In this document: positions 26,700 to 40,311 of the stretch, piece by piece
Layout of the letters: each line of letters begins with the position of its first letter
Numbering within the stretch: the first letter of the stretch is position 1
Origin: Camelus dromedarius
Lineage: Eukaryota
Assembly (NCBI RefSeq): GCF_036321535.1
Contig: NC_087436.1
Location: 55,678,001 to 55,742,000, forward strand
DNA length: 64,000 bases
Direction of reading: 5' to 3'
Made by a program: the position numbers and the translations under genes
Notes under the pieces: model-generated
Database searches by the model: none
Seen by the model: the letters and a program-made list of their open reading frames with translations, nothing else
Told to the model about the DNA's origin: nothing

Positions 26700-29500
26700 G
26701 GAAGTTATTTTGTTCCAATATACTATTTGTAATAGAGTACCTGTATAGTAAGTAATAGTATTTTGTAAATCACTGCCACTATACATTTTCTAATTATTCT
26801 TGGTTATTACAGCAACTTAGACGTTCAAGTCTGAAATATACCACCAGAATACTGATCGGAATTATATTAACTCTATAACAATTTATGAAGTTTTCACAAC
26901 TTTAAGACATTACCTTTCTAGAGATATGTTCTGTCTCTCCATTGTGGAAATTCTACTTAATTCCTGCTATGGGAATTTATAATTTCTATGATTTTATAGT
27001 TCACTTAATCCAAATACTTTTAAAAACTATTGTGAATGAAAATCATTTTTGTTTCTATATCTGAGTGATTAATGCTAGTATACAAAATAGCTACTGATCT
27101 TTGTGTATATAAAAATACATGTATTTTTTATAAAGGAAACAGATTTATCCTAATTCTAAAATATTTTAGTAGGGTCTTGGTGGAATCTAGTAATTATATA
27201 ATTTGGAATAAAATTATATTCTCTGTCCAATATTTATACAATTTATTTAATTTTTATTTTTCTGTTAAATAAGACCTTCATTACAATGATGAACTATATT
27301 AGTCATAAGGATGTTACTGTCGTATTCTTAATTTTAACTGAAGTAATTTCAGCATTTTACAATTTAATATATTTGCTCTTAGTTTTTGTTAGAAAAATTT
27401 CAAGTAGTTTTCTTCTATTTCTTCTTTATGTGGAGCTTCAGTTAGAAGTGATAGTTGACAAAGAAAAAGACAAAATGAAAAGGCAACCTACTGAATGGGA
27501 GAAAATATTTGAAAATGATATGACCTATGAGAGATTAATATCCAATAGATATAAACAACTCATACAACTCAACATCAAAAAAACAAACAATCTGATTTAA
27601 AAATGGGCAGAAGAACTTAATAGACACTTTTCCAAAGAGGAAATGCAGATGGCCAACAGGCACATGAAAAGATGCCCAATATTGTTAATTATCAGGGAAA
27701 TGCAAATCAAAACCAAAATGAGATATCACCTCATACCTGTTAGAATGGCTATCATCAAAAAGGACACAAATAACCAATGTTGGCGAGGATGTGAAGAAAA
27801 AGGAACCCTCCTCACTGTTGGTGGAAATGGAAAATGGTGCAGCCACTGTAGAAAACAGTATGGAGGTTTCTCAAAAAACTAGTAATAGAACTACCATATG
27901 ACCCAGCAATTCCACTCCTAGGTATATATGAAAAACAAAACAAAACAAAACAAAAACACTAATTTGAAAAGATGCATGCACCCCAATGTTTATAGCAGCA
28001 TTATTTATAATTGCCAAGATATGGTAGCAAACTTAGTGTCCATCAACAGATGAATGGATAAAGACGATATGGTTTGCAATGGAATACTACTCAACCATAA
28101 AAAGAATGAAATTTTGCCATTTGAAGCAACATGGATGGACTTGGAGGGCATTATGTTTAGTGAAATAAGTCAGACAGAGAAAGACAAATACTGTACATGT
28201 CACTTATATGTGGAATCTAAAAAAATATAACAAACTAGTGATTACAACAAATGAGAAGCTGATTCACAGATATAGAGAACAAAGTAGCGGTTACCAGTGG
28301 GGAGAGGAGGGTAATATAGGGGTGAGAGAGTGCGAGGTGAAACTAACTATTGAGTGTAAGAAAGGCTCAAGGATGTATTGTACAACATGGAGAATATAAT
28401 CAATATTTTGTAATAACTGTGAATGGAAAGTAACCTTTAAAAACTGTAAAACTTTTTTTAAAATAAAAATAAATTAAAAAATAAAAGAAATGGTAGTTGA
28501 ATTTTACCAATGTCTTCTCAGCAACTATTAATACACTCATATATTTTTTTTCTTCTTTGACACATTGATGTTGTGAGATATTCTGATATTCTACATAGTG
28601 GTGAACTATACTTGCATTTCATACTTGGTCACTGTGTCTTAGTTTTGTTAATATATGTCTAGATTTGTTTTGCTCTTGTTTTATAAAAAATATTTGTTCC
28701 ACCTCTATTAAAAGTTTTATACATAATCTATCATACTTTGGTATTAAGTTTATCTAGGAATTCTTACATAAATTAAGGGATTTTCTATATTTTTCAATAA
28801 CCTGGACTACTTATAAAACATATAGAATATTGTTTTTAAAGACTTACATAAAATTTGGCTTTAAAACCTTGTTTCTCTTTATCTTCTAATCCTTCCCATG
28901 GTTATCATTCTTTCACAGTTTCTTCCTTTTCTTGCATCAATTTCTGTTTATTTTACTAAGAAATATCCCTTTTATTCCAAATGTACTCCACAGATTTTCA
29001 CAAGATAATCTCTTTTGCTTGTAAGATTTTTTTTTTTCTGGCAAATATATATATATATACACATATATGTAATCAACTTTTGTTATATGTCCCAAAACAA
29101 AAGCAAATCCACTTTCTAGAATATAAACATTTATGTATATCTATAAAAACAAAATTATTGATTATATAATTCTCCTAGCTCTTTTTGTCAACTTGATCTG
29201 TCCAATTCTGAAAGAGGCATTATATTAATATCACCCACTATAAATTACATCTTTAATATAGTCTTCTCTGTGTTCTTAGGGGTTTATCAATTTGGTACAT
29301 TGTTTGGTGCATAAAGTTATATAACTATTGATCATTCTCAGCTTGTACCTTTAATCATTGTATATATAAAAGCTTTGTCCTATTTAATGATGTTGTCCTT
29401 GAATTTCTGTTGTCTTATGTTAGTAGTGCCATATTTTGCTTTCAATTTGTTTACATTTGCTTGGATCTCTTTTCTCTTACCTTTGCATTCAAACTTTGTT
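26700..29500 (-). mobile_element. Old L1ME ORF2 relic, split by a younger L1 at 27459-28485
   Basis: Antisense ORF2 motifs: gctagtatacaaaatagctactgatctttgtgtat; aagaccttcattacaatgatgaa; cttgatctgtccaattctgaaagagg; tttacatttgcttgg. Confidence 0.65.
27459..28485 (+). mobile_element. 5'-truncated cetartiodactyl-type L1 (ORF2 C-terminus plus 3'UTR) with 15-bp TSD
   Basis: ORF2 peptides KMKRQPTEWEKIF and [34 protein letters not shown], and an A-rich tail. TSD AGAAGTGATAGTTGA (27444-27458) versus AGAAATGGTAGTTGA (28486-28500), 2 mismatches. Confidence 0.93.
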
Positions 29501-30010
29501 CTTTTCCATCAGCTCTACTCCAGAGGAAGCCCACAGTCTAAATATTATGCCTAATCTTCCCTTTTAAGCTTATGGAGTTCTCCTGAATGAGTCCTCATTT
29601 TTCTTTCCTTTTCAAACTTATTAAAAATAAAGCAATAAAATCCAGGTGCTTATTGATTACAAGGGATAAATTTTAAGAGATAACATAGAACTACTGTGCT
29701 CCTCAGCACCCACACAGACTAGACAGCAGAGTCTCTCAAACATTGGTGAATCAGTAAGAAAATGGAAGCAGCTGAACTAAAAAATAATTACACCTACTCA
29801 GAGGTGTGAAAATAAAACCTGTAAGAGGACAAAATTCTCTGGTTATCACTATTTTAAAGAATTGTATAAACTTCTCCAAAGATTCTGTACTGTTATTTCT
29901 CTCTTATAAAACTTTAGTCTGGGAACCATATTCCTTCTTGTTAGGCCTCCCTGGTTCTACTTGCAGTCTAAACTGAATTTTCTAATCTCAGGAGAAGCAT
30001 CTTTCAGCTT

Positions 30011-30047
30011 AAAAAAAAAAAAAAAAAAAAACAGAGAGAGAGAGAGA
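30011..30047. repeat. A21 run followed by (AG)n
   Basis: Directly visible. Confidence 0.9.
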
Positions 30048-31270
30048 CATAACATTTTCAGAGAAACAGGTTCTCCTGATACGAGCTGGTCTCAGATATA
30101 TATACATATTTATTTTTAATTTACTTTCCTTTTTTGGTCAAAATCTCTTAGTGGATAACTTTAACCTGGCAATTTAATCAATAACCATGTGAAACAAAAT
30201 TCCTAGGGAACTTCCAGGTTTTCTTTTAGCTTGTTGTCATGTTTTATTTTGTTTTGTTTTGAGGAAGAGTATGATGCAGAGAATAAACTCTCCTTCTCTA
30301 GTTCTCTGTGTCCTCCCTGTAGAGGGGCTTTCATCATCATAGCAAATGCCTGGACACTCTTTACTCCCTCCTCCCTCTTCCTCCAGGGAAGACGTGAGTT
30401 TGGGAGAGAATATGGACTTGTCTACTGTAGTTCCCTTCTGACTCCTTCTCTTAGACACCAACTGAAATCAGAGAGCATGTGTTCCACTTTCTTCCTTACA
30501 TTCTACAAGTTTAGGCCCTTCCCTGCAGGAAGCAGAGGGGTAGGGGATGTAGAGGTAATTTCACATCAGGAAAATGAAAGGATCTGGTATACTGGGTTTA
30601 AAACTGAGATTTGGTAAAGAAGTCGAATTTGGGGAGCACAATAACACTCAAATTCTAATTAAAATTTGGTTATTTTCAGTTTAAATTATTCCATGTAGAT
30701 GTTTTTTAAAGCTGATTACTAAATTTGATGTCTTGATTTTAAGTGATAGGTCACCTATGTTTTCTTTCTTTCTTTCATTTTTTTTTTTGAAAAACCCTGG
30801 CTTGGTCCACTAGTTAATTACAGTTCAGTACTAACTTCTGTGTCCTAGAAATAACCATCTTACACCCTAGGTGTTCTGGGATATTTTCTATTGATCAATC
30901 TCTAGCCTGTTCTACTGGCTAGGGGCTGGTTTAAAGCCCCCTTGCGTAGTTAGCTGTATGCAAGCATGCTGGGGTTTAGCAAATTCGAAGAGATCTCAAG
31001 GGTATCAACAAGATAAATTCAGCTATTGCACACCTCACCAGACTTACAAAGGCAGATTGGTCAGAATAAGTACAAATTCAAGTTTTAGATGATACAGGGT
31101 CTAAAGAAAAGGTTCTACAGCTTTTACTCAAACTGAGTTGGCCTAACATTTGCTAAGCAGGTGTGGGGCAAGGAATGAATTAAGGAAGAAGTCATTTTTT
31201 TATATCGACCTCTTAGAAATTAGGAGACGAAACACAAATTTTCTGTTTTTCCTGAGTTTTTAGCCTGATA

Positions 31271-31577
31271 CGTGCATACCTCATTTTATTCCCTTTCAGT
31301 TTATTCCAATTCACCAATATTCTGTTTTTTACAAATCTCAGGTTTGTGGCAACCCTGCATCAAGCAATTCTATTGGCATCATTTCTCCAATAGTGTTTGC
31401 TTACTTTGTGTCTGCGTCAAACTTTGGTAATTTAGTCATTGTTTGGGGGCACCACGAGCCACACCCATGTAAGAAGGTGAACTTAGTGAGAAAATGTTGT
31501 GTGTGTTCTGACTACTCCACCAACCAGCCATCCACCCATCTCTCTCCCTCTCCTATTCCCCAAGACACGTCATTATA
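31271..31577 (+). mobile_element. Tigger1 5' end (internally deleted)
   Basis: TA|cgtgcatacctcattttatt...ggtttgtggcaaccctgcatcaagcaa...aaatgttgtgtgtgttctgactactccaccaacc matches the Tigger1 left end. Confidence 0.9.
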
Positions 31578-31826
31578 AATCTGTTCAAACAAATAGAATG
31601 TGAAACACCAAGAGCAAATTCTAAAATAAACCAACTATGGATTCTAGGTGATAACGATGTGTCAACACAGGCCCATCAACTGTAACAATGCACCTTCTTC
31701 GGTGAGGGACGCTGATTATGGAGAAGGCTATTCACGTGATAGAGCAGGGGGTATATGGGAAATCTTTGTACATTCTATTCAATTTTTCTGTGAATTTGAA
31801 ACTTGTCTTAAAAATGAAGTATATTT
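31578..31826 (+). mobile_element. L1MC1/2-type 3'UTR end
   Basis: gtgataacgatgtgtcaa...catcaactgtaacaatgcacc...gggggtatatgggaaatctttgtac...ttttctgtgaa...aaaaatgaagtatatt. Confidence 0.85.
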
Positions 31827-33120
31827 GTATAAGGTGGTAAAATATTGCTCAGCTTTGCTTTCAGACCAAAGTGATAGAAGGATGAAAACCAAATAAAGGG
31901 AAGACAGTTGTTAGGCTCAAGGTAGAGAGGGAAATTTCCTTAGAAGAAAAGTTCACTTACTAGGATGAAAACTTAAGACAGCATGAAAAGGAAATTTATA
32001 ACTTTAAGGCCAAGATAGATAAATAGAAAAATAAAAGGCATATTCAGTTCTTGCTCCACTTAAAATAAGATATTGATAAGGGACAGAGGAGTTTAGTTTC
32101 TATTCAACCAGTGATATTGACAGGGACCCAGAAAAATTCAACAAAAGAAAAGCCAAATCAGAAAGAATCTTCCAGAATGTGCCAGGATCTAAGAAAATAT
32201 TCACAGGCAGCCTTAGACACAAAAAGAGAATTTAGTGTCAGACAAATTGAGGGACTACAAGTAGTCTGTCTCTATAAAGTAGCTGCAGAAAACCTGGCAA
32301 GATTTTAAATGGGACTATCAGGAAAATCAGTGAAGAAGGAAAAGAAAAACAACAACAAAAAAGTATTATTATTTGAGTTTCAAAGTAATACAACCATAGT
32401 AAATTGAGGGTATGGATAATTATTCTACCTTAAAATTTTCTGGAATGAAGACCTTGAGGCACGATATAGAAAAGAAGAGATATAGGACAAGAGAGCCAGG
32501 GAGGACAAGGATAGATTATATCCAGCTTGAGGTTGAATGTTTCTGATGGCAGAATATCTCATCTGTGGGATTATTCAATTGAAAAGAAAGGAGCACAAGA
32601 TGTGACTAAACTATGAATGCTTTTGTCAGATCCAAACTCCTTAGTACCCCCTTTTCTCATTAAACAAGAATACAAAATAAAATTTAGAGAACTATATTAG
32701 AAAAAATCGATCATCTGGGTCATAAAGCAAAGAAAAAAGAAGGCACATAATACCAGCAAAATGTACTACCCCTGCATGTAATAGAGGAAAGAGAAAGGTC
32801 AATTTAAGGAGCAGGTCAAGAAATATTAAAAACTACTGAATCTTCTTGAAATGCACATATAGGAATAGTAGAGTTAAATGGAACAATATATCCATCCCAT
32901 CACTTCAGGAAAATAGAAAGAAATGTTAACAAAAATGTAGAATGTTCAAAATTTGTGGAAAGCCATGTCTTGAGGAACGAACACCAGTGAAATGGGACTT
33001 TGCTAGTTTCTAGAAACATCAACAGCCTCAGTTATGTGAGAAACCTGAAGAGGGTGATTCTCCAGGGGAAACAACAGTGATGCTGAGTGAAAATGCTTCC
33101 CTAAAAGGCACGTTTTACAT

Positions 33121-33300
33121 TAGTAGGTCTCAATCCTGACAGCCCGCTGGAATCACCTGAGGAGATTTTTAAAGCCAGTACTGTCCCAGACATCCCGCCA
33201 GAGGTTCTAATTTAATTAATTTGGGGTAGGGCTCAGTCATCAGTGTTTTGTAAAAGCTCTCCAGGTGATTCTATTGTGCAGTGAACATTGAGAACTACTG
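33121..33300. mobile_element. MER5A-like DNA transposon
   Basis: ggtctcaatcctg...gaatcacctgaggag...agaggttctaatttaatt...aaaagctctccaggtgattctattgtgcag...ttgagaactactg. Confidence 0.85.
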
Positions 33301-33315
33301 TTTTATAGGCATAAG

Positions 33316-33478
33316 CAAGCAATTCTCAACCCCGGAGGTGGATTAGAATCCCATAGGAAACTTTTAAAACATATCTATGCCTGGACCCAAAGCCAGAGGG
33401 TAGGTAGAACCTGAACACCAGGATTTCTGCACCAGTTCCTTAGTGATTCTAAACCACAGCCAGACTTGAGAAACAAGG
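33316..33478. mobile_element. Second adjacent MER5-like element
   Basis: cagcaattctcaacc...attagaatc...atgcctggaccc...gtgattcta...cagccagacttgagaaac. Confidence 0.7.
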
Positions 33479-33799
33479 AATCAAGCAATCCACAAGAGGC
33501 ATTGGTGGCAATCACTGTTCACAGGCTTTAAAAAAAGCCTGCTCACAAAACCTTGTAATTTACCCATGCTCATTTACCTATTAGGTGCCAGAAATACAGG
33601 GTTCAAATGTGAAATGGAAAGCCAAAGGTTTTAAATACACAAGAAAGACAGATGCTTCAATTAAGACCTAGATAACTGAGGATGCCAAGATTGTAAATTT
33701 CTAACCTTTGGGAAAATTCTGCAATATTCTAAATGCCATTCTTTGAGAGAAGGTACAGTTTAAAGTAGACTTCTCCCAGAATATAATAAATCTTTGATG

Positions 33800-35400
33800 C
33801 CTGAGAAGCTATTGCAAATGGTATTTTTTATCCATTTTCTGATTGCTTATTGCTAGTACATAGTATATAGAAATAGAATTAATTTTTATACAATGTCCTT
33901 GAATTCAGTGAGCATGCTAAGTACATGTATTAATTTTAATTGTTGGTTCTGTGTTCAAATTCATCTTATCTATGAAAAACGATGCTTTATTATTTCCCTA
34001 CCAATTTATTTAAGTTGAAGATAACTTGCTTTATTATACTGGCTAGGACAGCCAGAAAAAACATTACTTAGAAGTGGTAATAATGGACATTTCAGTCTAG
34101 GCCCTAATTGCAAAATCAGAACTATTTCATCTTTAATTGTGATGTATGCTGTAGGGCTTTTTGTTTGCTTGTATGAGGGAAGCACAGTTTATCAGACTAC
34201 ATGTATTTGTTTTCTATTGACACCTAACAAGTTACCACAAATCCAGTGGCTTAAACTGCCTGCCCCCTCAACTTACTAACTCACAGTTCTGTGGATCGGA
34301 AGTCCAGTGGGCTTCACCTAGGTTCTCTGCTTAGGGTCTCACAGGGTCAAAATCAAGGTGTTGACAAAGTTAGCTCTTAACTGGAGACTCTGGGAAATAA
34401 TCCACTTCCAGGCTCAATCAGGTTGTTGGAAGAATTCAATTCACTGTGATTAAAAAACCAAGGCCCCACTTTTTTTTTTTTGTTTGTTTGTTTCCTCAAT
34501 GCTAATCACAGCTCCTAGCAAGAGTACCTTTGATTTTCCCTGACTTCCCTTTCTGCTACCAACTGATGAACACTTTGTTTAAAGGGCTCCTTGTGATTAG
34601 ATTAGTCCCCATTCTTTTGCCATATAATGTCACAGAATCACTGGAGTGACATCTCATCAAATTCACAAATTCCACCCACATTCAAAAGGGAGTGTATTAT
34701 ACAAGAGCCAGTGTCATTGACGGTCATACTTAAAATTCTGCCTATGATTTTGTGGAAGTTTCCTTATTTTTCTACTTTGCTTCATTTTTATCATGGATCC
34801 TTTCTATCAAATACTTTTTCTTAACTTTTTAAGTTATACATATGGGTTTGTTACTTAATCTGGTGAATTGCATTTACTGATTTTCACATTTTAAACTTGC
34901 ATTCCTAAAATAAACATAATCTGGTCAGATATTATGTGTGTACACATACATATATATCTAAATATAACAGTGGATTTAATTTGCTGAGTAGATATGACTA
35001 TTCATCTTTTCCTTCTGCTCTTCTGTCACCTTTGTTCATTTGTTTTTATAGAAGCTTGCCCATTTTACCTAAATTTTCAAATTTATTGGTATAAGTTAGT
35101 TTTTACTATCCTCACATTTTTTTTTTAATATATGTAGGAACTGTAGTGATGTTCCTTTTGTCAGTCCTTATGTATTACCTCTTATAAGTCATTTTTGTGC
35201 TCATACTCTCTCAGTCTTTCTCTGGACAACCTGCCAAGTGTCTATTAGTTCAATTAGTATTCTTTTCCTCTTTTTACTTTTTATGTTTAGCTTGTTATTT
35301 TTTAATTACTTCTTGAAATACAAGATAACTGATTTTCAGCCTTTGTTCTTTTCAAATATATGCATTTAATGCTATAAATTTCCCTCCATGCTTCAATAAG
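33800..35400 (-). mobile_element. Old L1M ORF2 relic split by MLT1E
   Basis: Antisense RT and linker motifs: ttgcttattgctagtacatag; actggctaggac; ttttcaaatttattggtataa; gctataaatttccctc. Confidence 0.65.
34202..34748 (-). mobile_element. MLT1E-type MaLR solo LTR
   Basis: tgtatttgttttctattg...aacaagttaccacaaa...ctcacagttctgtggatcggaagtcc...tcaggttgttggaagaattcaattc...gtgattagatt...aaaattctgccta. Confidence 0.85.
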
Positions 35401-35555
35401 ATTGTTTTATACGTTTGTAATAGATTTTTGAGTTAGATTGTTTTGTCACACTTTGCCTTCTATCCTGGGACTCCCTCCACCCCACTTCCTAAATGATTGT
35501 TTTAAAAATTTGAATACATCAAGATTTAGTCTTTATGTTTGTAAAGTCTTTTGGG

Positions 35556-35945
35556 TTTCTCTGATAATTAGTGATGCTGAGTATCTCTTCATGTGCCTAT
35601 TGGCCATCTGTGTGTCTCCTTTGGAGAACTGTCTATTTAAGTCTTGTGCCCATTTTTGGATTGGGCTGTTTGCTATTTTGTTATTGAGTTTTATTAACTG
35701 TTTGTATATTCTGGAAATTAAGCCCTTGACATTTGCTATGCAAAAGCTTATAAGTTTGATTAGTTCCCATTTGTTTATTTTTGCTTTTATTTCTATTGCC
35801 TTGGGAGACTGCCCTAGGAAAACACTGCTGCAATTTATGTCAGAGAATTTTTTGCCTATGTTCTCTTCTAGGAGATTTATGGTATCTAGTCTTATGTTTA
35901 AATCTTTAAGCCATTTTGAGTTTATTTTTGTGTACGGAGTGAGGA
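35556..35945 (-). mobile_element. Younger cetartiodactyl L1 ORF2 C-terminal fragment, no tail or TSD
   Basis: ctgataattagtgatgctgag...tatattctggaaattaagcccttg...ttgccttgggagactg...atttatgtcagagaa...agccattttgagtttatt. Small internal deletion at ~35728. Confidence 0.85.
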
Positions 35946-38900
35946 AAGAAGGCAGTTGACTTGTATATTAACCTTGCATCCTGAAAGCTTGCTATAATAT
36001 CTTATTAATTCTGTTTTGTTTTGTTTTGTCAATTATTTGAGATTTTCTACATAGATAATCATGTCACCTGTGAACAAAGACAGTTTTATTTCTTCCTTCT
36101 TAATCTAAATATTGGTTATTTCCTTCTCTTCTTTTATGCGCTAGCTAGGACTTCCAGTACAGGCTTGAATAGAAGAGGGCATAGGGGACATCTTTGCCTT
36201 GTTCCTAATCTTAGGAGGAAAGCATCCAGTTTTTCATCATTAAGTATTACGGTAGTTGTGTCTTTTTATCGTGGTTTTTTTTTTGTAGATTTTTTCCATG
36301 AATTTTAGGAAGTCTTCCCTTTTCCTAGTTTGCTAAGTGTTTATCATGAATGGGTGTTTCATTTTTTCAACTTTTTTCTGCAACAGTTGATACAATTGCA
36401 TGATTTTCTTTTTTAGCCTATTGACGTAGTGAGTTGCATTATTTGACTTTCAAATGTTGAACCAGTCTTGCATATCTCAAATAAATCTCACTTGGTTGTG
36501 GTCTATAGCTAATTTTATGCGTTATTGGATTCAATTTGGTAATATTGTGTTAAGAATTTTTGTATTTATGCTCATGAGTGATATCAGTCTGTAGTTTTCC
36601 TTTCTTGTATTACCTTTAAGTAATTTTTGATATTAGGGTAATGCTAGTCACATCAACTGAATGAGGAAGTGTTCTCTCTGCTTCTATTTTCTGAAAAAGA
36701 TTGTAGAGAATTGTCATTTCATCCTAAATGTTTGGTGGAATTCATCAGTGAAACCTGGTCCTGTCACTTGATCATTTTGTAAAGTTATTAATTATTAACT
36801 CAATTTCTCAAATAAATATAGGCCAATTCAGATTATATATTTCTTCTTGTGAGAATTTTGTAATTTGGGTCTTCAAAGAGTTGGCCCATTACATCTAATT
36901 TATCAAATTTGTTGGCATAGAGTTATTCAGAGTATGTCTTTATTATCCTTTTAATGTCTATGTTCTTTCATTTATGAGATAGGTAATTTGTCTCTTTTCT
37001 CTCTGTTTCTTGGTTAAAGTGCCTAGAAGTTTATCAATTTTATCAGTCTCTTCAAAGAATCAGCTTTTGGTTTTGATGCTTTTCTCAATTGTTTTCCTGG
37101 TTTTACTTACATTGATTTGTGCTCTGTATTTAAATTACTTATTTTTCACCTACTTGCTTTATGTTTAGTTTTCTCTCTCTTCTCTATTTTTACCAAAGGT
37201 AAAACAGAGATAATTGATTTTAGAACTCTCTTCTCTTCTAATATATGTACTAAATGCTACAGATTTCCTTGTCATCATAGCTTGCTGCAGTCCACAAACT
37301 TGAAAAGTTGTATTTTCATTTTTATTTAATTCAAAATATTTTTTTTATTGAAGTACAGTCAATTGCAACGTACCCTCCCAGAATTCAGACTTAATTAATT
37401 TCTCTTGTGACTTCTTTGACCAAAGTGTTATTTATAAATGTGTTTAATCTCTAAGTATTTAAGGATTTTCTAGTTGTCTTTCTGCTAAAGATTTCTAATT
37501 TAATTCCGCTGTGCTCTGAGAGCACACTTGTATGATATTTATGCCTTCCAACTTATTATAATACTTTTATGGAGCAGAATGTGGTCTATAATTTTGAATG
37601 CCGCATGTGATCTTGAGAAGAATGTGCATTCTGCTCTTGTTGGATGGAATAATCTATAAATGTTAATCAGATCAAGTTGATTGATAGCACTGTTCAGGTA
37701 AACTATATCCTTACTGATTTTCTGCCTGCTTGATCCTGCAGTTACTGATAGAGGAGTGTTGAAGTCTCTAGCTACAATATGGTTTGTCTATTGCTCCTTA
37801 TAATTCCATCAGTTTTGCCTCACATATTTCCCCTGTGTTGTTAGGTACATACGTGTTAAAGATTTTTATGTCTTCTTGAGGATTTGACTTCTTTGTTATT
37901 ATATAATGGCCTTCTTTATCCCTGATCTTGTTTCAAATCTGCTTTATCTGAAATTAATATAACTACTCCAGCTTTTATTTTTGAAGTTAGTGTTAACATA
38001 GTATATCTTTTAAATTATCCATTTTTTGTATTCACTCATCATATATGGGTGGGCCTTATTTTTTGTTTTTGGTTCCCCACTCTGACAATCTCTGTCTTTT
38101 GGCTAGCTTTGGTGGTTTTAGATCACTCACATATAAAGTGATTATCAATATAGTTGGGTTAGTATGCACAACGTTTGCAACTGTTTTCTGTTTGTTACTC
38201 TTAATCTTTTTTTTTTTCTCCTTTTCCTGCTTTCCTTAGTTTTAAATAAGCATTTCATATCATTAGTCTCTTTCTTCTTTTAGCTACTTAAATACACTTT
38301 TAAATAAACGTTTTTGAGCTTTAGAATTTGCAATACACATTTACAACTCATGTATACTAACTTTCAAATGGCACTATACCGCTTCATGTGTAATGCAGGT
38401 ATTTCATAGCCAAGTGTTATGGGTTGAATTGTGTCTATCCCAAAATATTGGTTGAAGTCCTAACCTCCTTCTGTTTTGAAAAACATCTATCACTGTTCTC
38501 TTTGCATTTCATTTTGGGAAGTCCCTTTTGATGTCTCTAAGCTTACTTAGCCTTTCCTTGGTGTGCCTAGTGTACTGATAAACCCATCACAGACATCCTA
38601 TATTTTTGTTACAGTATTTTTTTTCTAGGATTTATTCTGATTTTTCTTAGAGTTTCCATCTCTCTGCTTACATTATCCATCTCTTCTTACATGCTGTCTG
38701 CTTTTCCTTTATATAATCTAACATATTTATTAGGTTTAATTAATTAATATTAACATAGAATCCTTAACACATCAATCATAGTTATTTTAAATTCCTTGTC
38801 TGATGATTTCAAAATTTGTGTAATATCTGAGTCTGGTTCTGATGCTTGCTTTGCTTCTTCATACTGTGTTTTATCTTGTTTTTTGGTTTTTTTTTTAAGA

Positions 38901-39890
38901 GTATCTTATAACTATCTGTTAAAATCTGGATGTGATCTATAAGGTAACAGAAACTTAGGTAAAAGTCCTTTAGTGTGAGATTTTATGTTAATCTGCCTAT
39001 AAGCTGGACTTCTATAATGTTTATTCTAGCTATGGGTGCCCAAGGCTTTAAAATTTTTCTAATGCCCCAATGTCCTTTCTCCCCCCTCTCCTTTTGTCTT
39101 TGTGTTTTCTTACTCCTCCAGTAGAACTTGTATTTCGCAGCTCTTTCAGCTATAGTCTGCTATTATACCAGGACCTTGTTGACATCGTGGTAAGGTGTTA
39201 GGAGGGAGAAACATTTTCTAATCGTACGACTACGTCTCAGCCTTTTAGTGTGCCTGTGACCCTGGGTCCTGACAAGTGATTCTTAGCTCCATTCCACCAC
39301 TTTGCATGATACAAGAAGTCTAGAGAGGGCTAGAACTTAATAAATGCCCTTCCATTTGGGTGAGGTAAGGCCTGGTAAAGTCTTTTACCCTGGTAAGTAG
39401 TCCTTGGTTATGGAGAGCACCCTGGGTATATTTTTAAATGTTACATTTCCCTGTAGGATCTGTTAGAGCAAGTAGGAGATTTTCCTTGGCTCTTCACCAT
39501 GAGAAACGTGGGCTCCTGGAGAAAAATTCTGTCCACTGCCCCACAAATTTTGAAAGTACTGGGTATCCCTACCCCTAAGTTCCCCCCAATCCAATAGTTT
39601 CCCAGTCTCATGCTTGTCCACCTTTCAGCTCTAGTAACCTATCAAAATTACCATTTAAGTGTCCCTCTCAGTCTATGGCGCTTGCAGCTTCTCCTCCAGA
39701 TCTTACAAAGCCGACCTTTGCTGTGATTGTTTAGGTTTTTCTGGCTCTCCAGATTTGGTATGGTGGTTTTCCCTGCAACCTTAGTTCTCTGATATGTCCA
39801 AGAAAAGTAGTTTATTTTCGTTTGTTCAGCTTTTTTCTTGCTGTAAAGACAAGAGTGAAACTTCTAGGCTCTTTTCATGTCATCTGAAGT
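35946..39890 (-). mobile_element. Long L1MC/L1MD-type element: RT-EN (35946-~38400) and ORF1 plus 5'UTR (~38470-39890)
   Basis: Antisense LSLFTGDMIIYVEN (decayed FADD, ~36040-36085) and EN motifs (gagaagaatgtgcattctgc; gtgttgaagtctc). 5' end gttcagctttttttcttgctgtaaagac...aggctctttt matches the L1M4/L1MC-type 5'UTR. Confidence 0.8.
38415..38470 (+). mobile_element. MLT1A/B or MST MaLR LTR 5' stub
   Basis: tgttatgggttgaattgtgtc...ttgaagtcctaacc is the diagnostic LTR start. The remainder is absent. Confidence 0.7.
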
Positions 39891-40311
39891 CTTTGATTCT
39901 ACCTTCCAAAGAAAGGACTTATTTCTGTTTCAAAACCAGGGACATATCACTAAATCTAATCAGAAATCACTGCACTTAAGGACTAGACATCAATCCTGGT
40001 AAAGGATGGTTTGTTCCATTTCATCCTTATTCCTAAGATGTAGCATTCTAAGAGGTCTCAAGCAGAAGTCTGAAATATTTGCAAGGTTCCCTCATCCTTG
40101 AAATTGAAATTGGAGGACTTTGAATTTCAATTTTTGTCAATACATTCTTGCGAGAATGCTTAAAACTCTGTTCACCTTTTCACCCTGTCACCTCAACCTT
40201 TACTTTTTCGGCAATCTCTTCAACAGAAAATGGCAGTAAATAATAGGCCCACTTCTCGTGGTCTTTCTCCTCTTCTGTGTCTGTCTTTCTCAGCAGACTC
40301 TTATTGCCTAA

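Noticed and set aside
35438..35959. Longest ORF in the track (173 aa, +)
   Set aside because: It is the antisense reading of L1 ORF2 sequence, not a gene.
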